Part shown: piece after piece, positions 11,960-23,989 of the stretch
How the letters are laid out: the number at the start of each line of letters is the position of its first letter
How positions within the stretch are numbered: position 1 is the stretch's first letter
Source of the DNA: the human T2T-CHM13v2.0 reference genome, Homo sapiens
Strand: one strand, 5' to 3'
Length of the DNA stretch: 64,000 nt
NCBI RefSeq assembly: GCF_009914755.1
Contig: NC_060942.1
The notes under the pieces: model-generated
What the model was told of the DNA's origin: nothing
Seen by the model: the letters and a program-made list of their open reading frames with translations, nothing else
Database searches by the model: none
Position numbers and translations under genes: made by a program

Positions 11960-12100
11960 AAGTTCACATAATGTCTTATGATCCTTACAACTATCATGAA
12001 GGATATGAAGAGTAAATATTATAACCTCAGTTTGTCAAATAGAGAAACTGAGGTCAGGAGAGATTAGTAACTAGTGTAGGGTGACACTGCCCAAGCTGAG
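11960..12100 (-). mobile_element. MIR
   Basis: atccttacaac...aatagagaaactgaggtcaggagagattagtaact. Confidence 0.65.
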
Positions 12101-13045
12101 GTCTGCCATTCACAGTTCAGGAATCTCCCCCGCCCCCTTCTAGCATATTCATATATGTCTTTTGACATGTCTTTTGGGTAACAATTGTTATTTTTTGATA
12201 AACTACAAAGCACATATTTTAGATAAGAAAATAATATCATAGTGTTTTAAGGTCTGTTTGAAGGAAAAAATTAATAAACAAATAGTGGGTTACAACCCTT
12301 TGAAAGAAAAGTTACAAGAACTACTCTATCAGATGTAGGAACGCTTAGTTTTAAAAGTCTCTCCCCAAGGGCATCTAGCTTGAGTGCCCCACTTTGGCTG
12401 GGCTGCAGTTATCAAAGTGTAACTAAATAGATTACAGTCTGTGCCAATGATGGTCTGTGAGACGATGATTGAGAGATGAAGCCATGTGCACGTGACTCTT
12501 TGAGAGCGGATTATCTCAGGATGGGAAGTTGCATGGTGAGGTGTGGAGTAATGAGAATGCGTGAGATTTTGGGAAATCTGAGAGCCACAAAAGGAATGAA
12601 GACACTTAGAAAGCCGGGACAGCTGAAATGAAGCATATGTCCTGAAAATATACAAGGGCAGGCCTGTGCGATTCTGTGAGCTATTCTGGGTTGCAGAGAT
12701 TTGGGAGGAAAACTGATGAACCCAAGGCTGTGAGTACATAAAGCAAAGTTCTATTTCATCAGGAACCAAAGAACTGGGAGGAAGGAACCTAGGCATTTGG
12801 TTGATTTGGTGAAAACAAAGGCAGTAGAGCAAGGAAAAGTAGCAATTGAATGGTGGGCATGAGGGATAGGCTTCTATTTGCACAGTTACCCCTCAGCAGC
12901 TGTTGATTCCTTCCCAAGCACAAGGTATTTCAATGACAGCAGCCAGGTAAATAAGGGTGCTTGGCAGTGACTTAGGGATCAACCTGTTTGACTTTCCTGT
13001 GCTTGAAAAGGAATGGTAAATAGGAGGAGAAAAATGTACATTATG

Positions 13046-13376
13046 AAAGGAGAGTTGGGCATCTGACATTCATGAAAAAATCTGACAATTATGGAATAAT
13101 CTCAATGAGCTAGGGGCAGTGCCTATGTTACTTTATTTTAATCTTTGCAGCAGTTGTATAGAATAGGCATTACTATTTCCATCTTACTGCTTCAAAATTG
13201 AGATTCAAAAAGGAGAGTTAGGCATCTGACATTCATGAAAAAATCTGACAATTATGGAATAATCTCAATGAGCTAGGGGCAGTGCCTATGTTACTTTATT
13301 TTAATCTTTGCAACAGTTGTATGAAATAGGCATTACTATTTCCATCTTACTGCTTCAAAATTGAGATTCAAAAAGG
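13046..13376. repeat. 163-bp tandem duplication (includes part of an antisense MIR)
   Basis: Copies start at 13046 and 13209 and differ by about 4 substitutions; aaagg microhomology at both ends and at the junction. Confidence 0.95.
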
Positions 13377-13381
13377 TAAAA

Positions 13382-13684
13382 TGCAATGGCTCATGCCTGT
13401 AATCCTAGCACTTTGGGAGGCCAAGGCAGGAGGATCACTTGATTCCAGGAGTTTGAGACCGGCCTAGGCAACATAGCAAGACCCCATCTCTACAAAATAA
13501 TTTTTTAAATGTAGCTGGTGTGGTGGTGGTATGTGCCTATAGTCCTAGCTATTTGGGAGGCTGAGACAAGAGGATTGCTTGAGCCCAAGAGTTTGAGGCT
13601 GCAGTGAGCTATGATGGTGCCACCACTCTCCAGCTGGCCGACAGAGTGAGACTCTGTGTCAAAAAAAAAAAAAAAAAAAAAAAA
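13382..13684 (+). mobile_element. AluJ inserted into a MIR
   Basis: AluJ-type sequence with poly-A; MIR resumes afterwards as gacttgcccaaggtcata. Confidence 0.92.
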
Positions 13685-14724
13685 GATGAAACGACTTGCC
13701 CAAGGTCATAATAATTGGTAGAAATGTGCATTTGTCTGACATCAAAGCTTTTAATAATATTACCTTGCCTCTGATGAATCCGTGATGATTAAGTGAATGA
13801 ACCAATAAACTAAAAAAAAAGAAGAAGAGAATGGGGTGCACGCTCCCACTCAACAGTCGTGGTTTTTAAAATAAAATGTAACCATTCAAATAAGCATAAA
13901 CGTTCTCGTGTCACTAATTTTCTAGCACTGCTAAAAGAGGGTTCAAAATAATAAACACTTAATTCTGAAGTGAAAGAGTGTTGTTGTTTCCTGGTCTGGG
14001 GCTGCCTTACCAAGTATTGTTTGCAGCTGCTGTTTAAACAAGCATGAACAGTTTGGAGGAGGGAGTGGGTGATTAGAAAACTTGCAGGACAGCCACACCT
14101 TTAAGGGTGGCTTGGGAGCCTTGAAGCATCCCAACAGCGTTTTAGCATTTGTAAGAAGGCTCCACCCTGGACTTTAGGTTCCTGCCTACAACTTTTTAGA
14201 GAAATGGCTGTAATGTGTTGGCCTTCTAAGCACTTTTAGTGGGCTCTCAGATTCCCTACTCACTCGATTTCTTTGCATCTTCTTTGCAGCTGGGAGAACT
14301 GCTTTTCTGCTCCACACAGCTTTCACCTTGACAAATGCGACTTGGCTTAAATGTCCCTTTAGCCTTTTTAGCTTGCTCTTCTCATAGCAAAAACAGAAAA
14401 AAAAAAAAAAAAGAGCAAGAATAGGAAAATTACAATTATGCAATGTGCAGATCCCTAGGCATGATTGTTGCTTCCCAATCAGGAGAAGATTTCCCTGGCA
14501 ACCGCCCTTTCTTACTCCCCTGGAAGCCCGAAATTGGTGGAAAACTTAATTTGTTTTAGATTGCTTAAAATTACCTTTTAAGGATAAGAGTAAATACCTA
14601 CCTCTTTAAATAGAATTTATACCCTTTGTCACAGCTCTTCCAAATAACATTTTTAAATGATCTTGAAAGAATAGAACATTGTAAACAGTGATACATACGG
14701 TAATTTGCTTACCATGACCCTGTA

Positions 14725-14860
14725 GAATTATTCTTACCCACAAACATTTACAGTATCTGCAGGGTACCCAGCACCATAGCAGGGGCTGGGTAAATACACC
14801 AAAAGCATTTTATAAAACACAGTCTCTGGTGTTAAAGGAGTTTATAAGTTTTGAGTGGAT
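14725..14860 (-). mobile_element. L2 3' end fragment
   Basis: caaacatttacagtatctgcagggtacccagcacc...aaacacagtctctgg...aaggagtttata. Confidence 0.5.
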
Positions 14861-15236
14861 CTGGTGAATCTGGAGGGTGGAGGAAGGAAACGAGTAAAGA
14901 GCAGCTTTAAGTAAGTCAAGCTGAGTCGAGTATTAAATCTCAGTACCTCTGAATTTCCTACTGGGTTTGAAGCTTGTTCCCATAAATCCCCTTTCCTGGT
15001 GATGAAACTGTTCCTTAAAAATTGAACATATGTGTGTGAAGTGCAAATGCCACTGATAAATAGCCCTGCAGGGGAATGGCAGAGGGCCTAGGTCTGCAGT
15101 CCCCAAGGGATTGGGGAGCCATGGGCCTTTGGGGACTAGTAGAAAATGTTACTGAGGTGCTGGATGACATCAAAAGGGGCACTAACTGTGGATAAGACAC
15201 TCTCGTGATATCACATCAAGAAATAATAACTAAGAT

Positions 15237-15343
15237 GCTGGGCGTGGTAGAATGCACCTGTAGTCCCAGCTACTTGGGAGGCTGAGGTGAGAGGATCACT
15301 TGAATCCAGGAGTTCAAGACCAGCCTGGGCAACACAGTGAGAC
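15237..15343 (+). mobile_element. FLAM (free left Alu monomer, FLAM_A-like)
   Basis: Single monomer gctgggcgtggtag...tagtcccagctacttgggaggctgagg...ccagcctgggcaacacagtgagac with no right arm. Confidence 0.8.
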
Positions 15344-15439
15344 AAGATATTAAGATTCTAGTATGATGTAGGGACAGGAAGGGAAATGAATTTTATTAAT
15401 TATTCACCCACTATTTTGACGGTAGTGAATACGTATAGG

Positions 15440-15750
15440 TTTAGCTATCCCAGTTCCACTTCTGGTTCTTGTAGCCAAGCCTCCTGATTTTGCTTTGGGA
15501 AAAGCTTTCTCCTCAATTCGAGGTCCATGTATTTCAGGAGTAGCCCAAGAGTTGGGGTAGGACAATCAGCAAATCACACTTCCTGGCTTCATTGCTTGGC
15601 TCAGGGCAGAGGTGAATGATCTAAGCTTACTCAGTCAGCAAGCATCTCTGGACCTGTGCATGAAATGCCAGGACAAAGATACCTCCTCTCTCACTGAATA
15701 TATTAATAGGGATGCATGTGACCTTAGGACTTGTCGGTAGCCATTTTATA
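15440..15750 (+). mobile_element. LTR16-like ERVL LTR fragment
   Basis: cctgattttgctttggga...ccatgt...caatcagc...cctggc...ttggctcaggg...agccatttt follows the LTR16 motif order. Confidence 0.5.
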
Positions 15751-15769
15751 ACATCTAATACACAAACAT

Positions 15770-15930
15770 AATTTCACGTAATACAAAAACCTTATGTTAT
15801 CTTAATGCCATTGCAATGATGAAAAAATTGAGACTTAGTGGTATTAAATAACTTAGACCAAATGTTACAGCTTGTCAGAATTGAAAGACAGGTTTGTCTT
15901 ACTCAAATTTCTACACTCTTCTTCACACCA
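15770..15930 (-). mobile_element. MIR
   Basis: gatgaaaaaattgagacttagtggtattaaataacttagaccaaatgttacagct. Confidence 0.55.
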
Positions 15931-16068
15931 GGCTGCTGTCTATAAGAGTTTCAAAACTTTGTTATAGTAATTTTCTATTAAACCTAAAATTCAAGTGTTA
16001 AGTTGCTGAGAGATACAATCCCATAGCATTTTGGAACTTGTAACAAGTACTGAGTGTTAGATGCTTGG

Positions 16069-16359
<291 letters not shown>

Positions 16360-17702
16360 CTAGGTCTATGGTAAATATATTTTTTCCACTGACTATATAG
16401 GAGATAAGCTAACTTAGAGCCCCTTTTTAGTTTTTAAGATAACTTCATTTTCTGGTGTATTGGAGGCATATCTGTTGGCTTGGAATTGTTAGTTGAGCCA
16501 TCATAGCTTTCCATTATTGTTATAGTTACTAGTGTGCTGGTGTCTATCCACCATATCCTATGATGTTTGTGGCTATAATTCCTAGTTGCAAACATTGAAT
16601 TCCCTGAGGCAAACTAGAATTTTGTGTCTGGTGTTCAGAAGCAGAGATGTGGGTAGAAGATTAGTGACCTTCCTCTTGCTGCCAACAGAAGCCCACATGT
16701 GGAAACATCATTCATCAACACTAATCCTTGGTGTTGTCTAAAATCACATAAACCTCTCAGCACATCTGTCTGTTGCTATACACACCCAACTACTTGTCAA
16801 ACTTGTATATTAATTTTTTCCTTAGGACACAAAATCTGATAATGTTATTATTAACAAATAGTATAGCTAGAGTCTATAAAATATCAAGTCAATCATCTCA
16901 AGTATTAATACTTAATTTTAAAATTAAAAATTTTAAAAAAGGTTTCGGCAAATATTTTCCTTTAGTCTATTATCAATTTTGAAATATTAAGTTTCTTAAA
17001 TGAGGCTTACTTGTGAATCATTAACTTACATATTTGACATTTATAAACAAAGAAAAATCTCAATAGATTTAAGAAGAGACACAACTCAGAGCCTCCTGCT
17101 TCTCGTCATCATCATCTGATTCCCACTGCATCTTGGGGCTGTTTGGACTTTTTATTCCAAGCTACATTTATAACACCTGAAAGCATACGGCATTCAAACG
17201 GGCCAAAATAATCTTTCCTTCCTGAATCCCATCCATTCTAATGCAATGAAACCGTCAAACCACATGCATCTAGTTCTTGAGATCGGGAAAATAACTGAAT
17301 AATATTTTGGTGTCCTCATGCACATGTGTGATTCAAAATTCCACTTTCATAATCATCATACAGGGAAGTTGCCTCTTGAGGGTGTGTACTTTAAGCTACG
17401 TTTCAATCTACTTTCCACAGGCAGCAAGATATCTATAATGAACAGAGGATGTCCCACAAACATGTGTACAGATGAGTATGATACACTCAATAGTTATCCA
17501 AATCAGTGCTTCCAGGCTAGCTCAAGGTCCATTGAAAGGAAATGTTCCAACTGGAGTATTCATTACAGGGTTCTCTTCTTTCACTTTAAACTGATTACTT
17601 TGTGGTTAAGCTGGAGTTAAAAGTTCCACTTCTTCTGTGACTTTATCAAAATGCTTTAGAAGTATTCATTCACTTGTTCAACACATATTTATTGAGTATA
17701 TA

Positions 17703-18026
17703 CAGTCATCCTATGGTATCTGTGGGGGACTGGTTCCAGGATACCAAAATCCGTGGATGCTTAACTTCCTGATATAAAATGGTGTAGTATTTGCATATAA
17801 CCTATGCATTATCTTCCCATATACTTTAAATCATCTCTACATTCCTTGTAATACCAAATACAATGCCTGCACATCACTTCATTTGTGTGGATTCAACATA
17901 GTACTCAGGGTTCAGCAAATTCAAGTTTTGTTTTGTGCAATTTTGTGGATTTTTTTTCCAAATATTTTTGACCCATGGTTGGTTAAATCCACAGATGCAG
18001 AACTGATGGATACATAGAGAGGACTG
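17703..18026. mobile_element. MER2 (TcMar-Tigger) DNA transposon
   Basis: TIRs cagtcatcc...ggactg with TA flanks; internal ggataccaaaatccgtggatgct and tatttgcatataacctatgca. Confidence 0.88.
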
Positions 18027-18094
18027 TATCATGAAACAGGTGCTATTTTAGGTACTGGGGATACCGCAATTCACAGGCAGAGAAAAAAATCTCC

Positions 18095-18660
18095 GTTCCT
18101 CAAAGAACTAAAAATAGAACTACCATTTGACCCAGCAATCATAGTACTGAGTATATATAGGAAAATAAAGCACTCTACCAAAAATACACCTGCACTCACA
18201 TGTTGATCACAGCCCTATTAAACTATACTAAAGTCATGGAATCAACCTAGGTGCTCATCAATCGTAGGTTGGATAAAGAAAATGTGGTACATATACACTA
18301 TGGAATACTATGCAGCCATAAAAAAAGAACAAAATCATGTCCTTTGCAGCAACACAAATGCAGCTGGAAGCCATTATCCTAAATGAATTCATGCAGAAAC
18401 GGAAAACCAAATACTGCCTGTTCTCACTTGTAAGTGGGAGCTAAACGATGACTACACACAGACATAAAGATGGCAACAGTAGACACTGAGGACTCCAAAA
18501 GAGGGGATGGTGAAGGGCAAGGGTTGAAAAACTATCTACTGAGTACTATGTTCATTATTTGGATGATGAGTTCAATAGAAGCCCAAATCTCAGTGTTATG
18601 CAATCTATCCACGTAACAAGCCTGCACATGTATGCCCTGAATCTAAAGTTAAAAAATAAA
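18095..18660 (+). mobile_element. L1PA15-16/L1PB-type 3' end, 5'-truncated
   Basis: ORF2 C-terminal sequence (ataaagaaaatgtggtacatatacac, ggaatactatgcagccataaaaaa), then the 3' UTR and A tail. Confidence 0.88.
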
Positions 18661-19986
18661 GCTCTGCTGTCATGAGGAAGGGAAAGGACAGACACTAATA
18701 AAATGGGCAAAATGTATGTTAGGCAATGATACGTACTATGGAAAAATGAAAGCAGGAAAGGGGGAAGACTGTGTGGAGGAGAGGTGGGTGGTGGGATAGG
18801 CATGTTAATAGTGGCATCATCGCAGGCTACATTAAGAGACCTCTAGGTACCGACTGACTGGAGTCAGGGACTCTGCCCTGGGGTCTGGTGGCAGAGTGCT
18901 CAAGGCACAAAGAAGCACAGATGAGAAAGTCCTGAAGAAAGGGCAGGACTGCCATGCACACAGCGGGAGGCCAGGTGAGTGGAGTGGAGTGAGAGGTGGC
19001 AGAAGGTGAGGACAGTGATTTGGGGAGTGTGGGGGTCCATTTCAGGAGGCTTTACAGGCTGTGGTAAGGGCTGTGGCATGTACTTGGGGTGAGATGGGAG
19101 TAGAATGGAGGCTTTGATGAGATACAGACACATTCTAGTTCAAGAGAATCACGCAGGTTGCTAAGTTGAGAATGGCTCAAGGGCAACAAGAGTAGAATCA
19201 GAGACCCTTGGAGGCTCATGCAATAACCTAGATTGTAGCTAAAGGGGAGGAGCCAGGGCAGAGCAGCGGTGGAGGGAGAAGATAGGGCCAAGAGGTTTGC
19301 TAACGATGATCTGGATGTGTGGACTGAGAAACAGTAGTTAAGGGCGACTCCAAGGTTTTTGACCTGATCAGCTGGAAGGACTGAATTCCCATTAGCTGAG
19401 ATGACAAGGCCTAAAGAAGGAGTAGACTCAGGATGGAAATTAGGAGTTCAGTTTGGGATGTAGGAAGTTTGAAATGCCCATGGGTCATCTAAGCAGAGAT
19501 GTTGAATAGGGTAGCTTACTATCTAAGACTGGGGCTTCAGGGTGGCTGCAAACATCCCTGTGGGCATACACCTGGGACTTAGAGCTCTGAGAATGAAGGA
19601 GGTGACCTAAGGAGTGAGTGTTGGTAGAAGAGAGAAATGGTCCAAGAGCCATGTCCACTCAGCATTGCTCCACCCTTAGAAGTTTGGAGCTAAGAAACCA
19701 CAAACTAGGCAGGCTTAAAACGATCAACAAAGGGTGTGTTGTCGGTCCTGGAAGCTGAGTGAAAAAAGTTTTTCAAAGAGAAAGGAGTAACGTACTGTCA
19801 CATTGACTTCTTCCCGTGATCTTAATCCCATGGGACACTAAGTCAGCAACGTTAATTTTATCTCTTAGTCTCAGTTGCCATAGACAAAGGATTCTGCTGT
19901 TCATGAATAGCTTTATCTTCCCAGCAAGATGCAAACTTCTTGAGAGCAAGGCTTTTGTTTTCTTCTTTTTCTCTCTCTCTCTACAG

Positions 19987-20234
19987 CAGTGGCTTTTAAA
20001 TAGCTTTTGGCTACATCTCACAGCAAGAAATACATCTTACTTTGGAAACCAGTATAAGCACGTATACAAGTGAAAGACAGAGAGAAATACTTAACCTTTT
20101 GGCATGCCACACACTGTCTTTATTTTCATTCTCTTCTGTTGTATTCTATTTAATTAAAAATAATGGTGTTTGTGACCCATTAAATTGATTTCACTACCAC
20201 TAATTAGTTGCTACCATTGCTTAGAAAAGCACTA
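19987..20234. mobile_element. hAT-Charlie non-autonomous element inserted in an L2 3' end
   Basis: cagtggcttttaaa...cacagcaagaaatacat...tgtgacccattaaattgatttcac...gaaaagcacta; TIR-like ends. Confidence 0.55.
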
Positions 20235-20731
20235 CTGTTAGAGTGTCTGCCACAGTGCTCTGCCACATTCATTATTAATCAGAGAGACACTGTTATTCAT
20301 CTTCATTCCTTCTCAAGTACCTTCTATAAAGCAAGTACTTAATAGATGCTTGCCAAATGAATAGTTTTGAGACCCTAAAGTAATACTTCTTGAATTGGGC
20401 TCCTTGGTCTTTAGTTACCTTTACTTTTACTGATTGTACTTCTGTACTGATTGTAGTCGTGTAGAAGAATATTTCTTAAAACCTCTGTGTCTTCAGAATA
20501 AACACAGACCTGCATGTCTTTTTAAAGAGGTCCCTGTGTAGCCAAGAGTCAGACAAAACACCAGCCAGGGTTGGAGATGACAGCCCAGATGAAGTGAGTC
20601 CATCATCTGGGTTATCACATGTGCAAAGTTAGGGCAAGAATCCTGAAGTTTGAATGCTTTTTCATGTTCTTGTACATCAGCCTCTGGGGGCCAGGGGCAG
20701 TGGTGTTCAAAACATTTTTAAAAACAAGACA

Positions 20732-21076
<345 letters not shown>

Positions 21077-21459
21077 TCAAGAACAATCCCATCTTTTTAT
21101 TATAATTTACATAGTATTCAATGTCAATATGAAATATTGATTATTTAAAAATGGGAGTAGAAATCTTTCATTAAATATCTATGACCCAAAGTCGATGGAG
21201 CTGGGAAAATCATTAGTACTAACAATGTCTTAGAATTTTGAAATGCCCAACTACAGAAATGATATATAATTTAACCCAGACATTTCATTTAAAGAATCTT
21301 TAAAATAAGAGCCAGGTACATGGTAAAGTCCTCAATAAATGTTAGCTAATGTTTAAATCCTTCTCTATAGAGAATGCTTATAAAAGTGGCACTGAAGAAA
21401 ATAAAATATTTTTCCACCATGTAATTCTTACTTAGGTAGTTTTTCACTTATAAGGAAGG

Positions 21460-21700
21460 AGGATGGTGCAATGAATACAGTACATCAGGTCAACCTGAGT
21501 TCAAATCTGACTCTACTTAGACCAGACATGTGATTTTGGCCTAATTACCTGAACATCTTTTAACTTCAGGTTTTCAAACATAAAGTGAGGACAGCAATAC
21601 CTACTTCAGAGACTGACTATAAAGATAGAGATGATATAAAGTAACATATGACATGCTAACTCATTCAAAGTGTATTTGTAGGTTGCTTTTTCATATAGTA
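21460..21700 (+). mobile_element. MIR
   Basis: acctgagttcaaatctgactctacttag...tgtgattttggcctaattacctgaac. Confidence 0.65.
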
Positions 21701-21891
21701 ATCATGTTTAAATAACGGTTAAGTTCCCACATGGTGCAAACCCTTAAAGCTTGTTTCATTCATGATAGAGCTGACCCTTAATGGATTGTGCAATAGATCC
21801 AAGACTCTCTGAGCTTGGGGGTGGGAGGGGGTGGAGGGTGGGGAAGGTTAGTACACTTGGGGGAATCTCTAGAGGCCTGTGTATAGGGGAC

Positions 21892-22259
21892 TGTGGATCA
21901 GTCAGGGTTCTCAGAAGAGAACAGGAAAAAAAAAGATTTATTTTAGAGATGACTGTGGTGAGTAGCAAGTCTGAAATCCACAGGGTGGTCTGGCAGGCTG
22001 GAAACTCAGGCTGGAGTTGATTCTGCAGTCTTGAGACAGAATCTTGTCAATAAAACCTCAATTTTTGGTCATAAGGCCTTTCAACTGATTGGTTGAGGCC
22101 CATCCACATTATGGAGGGTAATCTTCTTTACATAAAGTCTACTGATTATAGATTTTAACCACGTGTATACAATTACTTTACTGCAACACCTAGATTAGGG
22201 TTTGATTGGGCACTGGGTACTCTAAACTCAGCAGGTGGCTGCACAGAACTAACCATATA
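21892..22259 (-). mobile_element. MLT2 (ERVL) solo LTR, MLT2C/D-like
   Basis: tcagtcagggttctc...gcaagtctgaaatc...aaggcctttcaactgattgg...cccatccacattatggagggtaatct...gcaacacctagattag. Confidence 0.8.
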
Positions 22260-22657
22260 GACAGGAATTCGGGTGGGCAGCTTCTGAGGCAGTGGGAGGG
22301 AGACTTGATGGGCAGACAGGGCCGCTGCAGTGCTTATTGATATTCAGATTCTCTTCAGCTGTGAGCTGCATATGCTCCGTTCATTTTCTGAGGAACTATG
22401 GTTTGGGTCAAAGACGTGAGTGTAAAGACCATCTCCTCACTGGTTGTTCAGGAGACCCACAAAGGCCATGTAAGCAAAGTGAGACTCTTACTGGCTCTGT
22501 ACCAGCACCTAGCAAGGTGCCTGGCATGTCAATTTCATTGACAATGTTCTTTAAGGGCAAAAGAGTCATTCATGGAATTTTTATTTCTTGTTGACAAATG
22601 AACAGGAAAATCTACAGTCACCTGAAACATCCCACCATGGTAAATAAACAGGAAATT

Positions 22658-22948
22658 GGCCAGGCGTGGTGGCTCACACCTGTAATCCCAGCACTTTGGG
22701 AGGCTGAGGTGGGCGGATCACGATGTCAGGAGTTCAAGACCAGCCTGGCTAACATGGTGAAACCCCATCTCTATTAAAGATACAAAAAATTAGCCGGGTG
22801 TGGTGGCACATGCCTGCAATCCCAGCTACTCGGGAGGCTGGGGGCAGAAGAATACCTTGAACCCGGGAGGCGGAGGTTGCAGGGAGCCGAGATCTTGCCA
22901 TTGCACTCCAGCCTGGGAACCAGGGCAAGACTCTGTCTCAAAAATAAA
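22658..22948 (+). mobile_element. AluSg-like
   Basis: Full Alu; 17-bp TSD taaataaacaggaaatt at 22641-22657 and 22949-22965. Confidence 0.95.
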
Positions 22949-23079
22949 TAAATAAACAGGAAATTTATAGACTCATCTTTTATTTAAGCCCTTTGTATTC
23001 TGAAAGACAAAGAATTCCATAATGCCCGGCCTTGATAAAACAAATATAGAGCTAACCTTAAAAAAATCAAGATTTACTG

Positions 23080-23290
23080 TAGCAACTTGCACATACTACT
23101 AATGTAACACTGATCACATTGTTTTAAAACCATTTGTTTATAGATCAGTCTCACCCACCAATCTGTAAGCAACTTGAGAGGAGGGATGATGTCATTTGTC
23201 TGGCAGAGACCAATATTCATTCCTATAATTCTAGTTCTAAGCAGAGTATAAAAGAAAACAACATATTGTAAAGTAAAAGTGCTCATGAAA
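23080..23290 (+). mobile_element. L2 3' end
   Basis: gtctcacccaccaatctgtaagcaacttgagaggagggat...attcattcctata. Confidence 0.55.
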
Positions 23291-23672
23291 TCTCTAATTA
23301 CATCACTCAGGTTGTACCTATTTTATTCAACTGAGAAATAAAGTATGGACACCTTTCATCCCAGATTTTCCTCTACCAAGGGCAGGGAAGAAACCTCGCA
23401 ATGGTTGTGGGCAAACAGGGATCATGGAGGAACACATCTCCGTGCACGAAGTTGCTGGTGCATGTGTGTAGAGGGGGTATGAATGACCAGTATCCAGAAG
23501 AGAGGCTCTTTTGGCATCCAAGGAGCTGCAGTTGGATGTTGCTGTGGAGATATTTGGGGAAGCAAGGCCACAACCCCCAGCAGGGTCAACTGAACTCTAC
23601 TAGGCCCAGAGAGACCCATCACCAGATCATGGCAGGACGAGTCAAACAGAATCTGAAGACTGTCATCTCACC

Positions 23673-23989
23673 CTGTGTATTCCAAAGCACATTTTATGGA
23701 TCACCAATCCTTTTTTTTTTAATACTTTAAGTTCTGTGATGCATGTGCAGAACATGCAGGTTTGTTGGATCACCAGTCCTTAGAAATGTTCTGTGAAATG
23801 TGGTTCCAAGAGGGTTTGGGAGATGCTTTATACTGTATTGTTCTCTTAAAGAGTTTCCATCCATATGAGCATCTTAAAGATTCTAGGATGTCTGCCAATA
23901 TAGAATTCTGAATACAGTACTCAGTTTCTCAAATTCAACTCCTTTTCTTCACATTAATATCTATTCAAATCATCCTTTGGGAAATGTCA
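23673..23989. mobile_element. MER103C-like hAT-Charlie element (hosts a tiny L1 insertion)
   Basis: tgtgtattccaaag...gtttgggagatgc...agcatcttaaagattct...ctttgggaaatg follows the MER103C layout. Confidence 0.6.
23712..23766 (-). mobile_element. Extremely 5'-truncated L1PA insertion (~55 bp)
   Basis: Poly-T followed by atactttaagttctgtgatgcatgtgcagaacatgcaggtttgtt (L1PA 3' terminus); TSD tggatcacca(a/g)tcct on both sides. Confidence 0.88.

Larger units (their letters stand above)
17665..19810 (-). mobile_element. Long L2 fragment, interrupted by MER2 and an L1
   Basis: Starts with the reverse L2 3' tail attcattcac...atttattgag; typical reverse-L2 blocks (gactccaaggtttttgacctga, ggagttcagtttggga...gtttgaaatgccc) continue to ~19800. 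Confidence 0.8.

Noticed and set aside
12329-12883. Longest ORF in the window (184 aa, minus strand)
   Set aside because: Non-ATG start, S/C/F/H-rich composition typical of the antisense of purine-rich DNA, no recognisable domain and no convincing splice signals.
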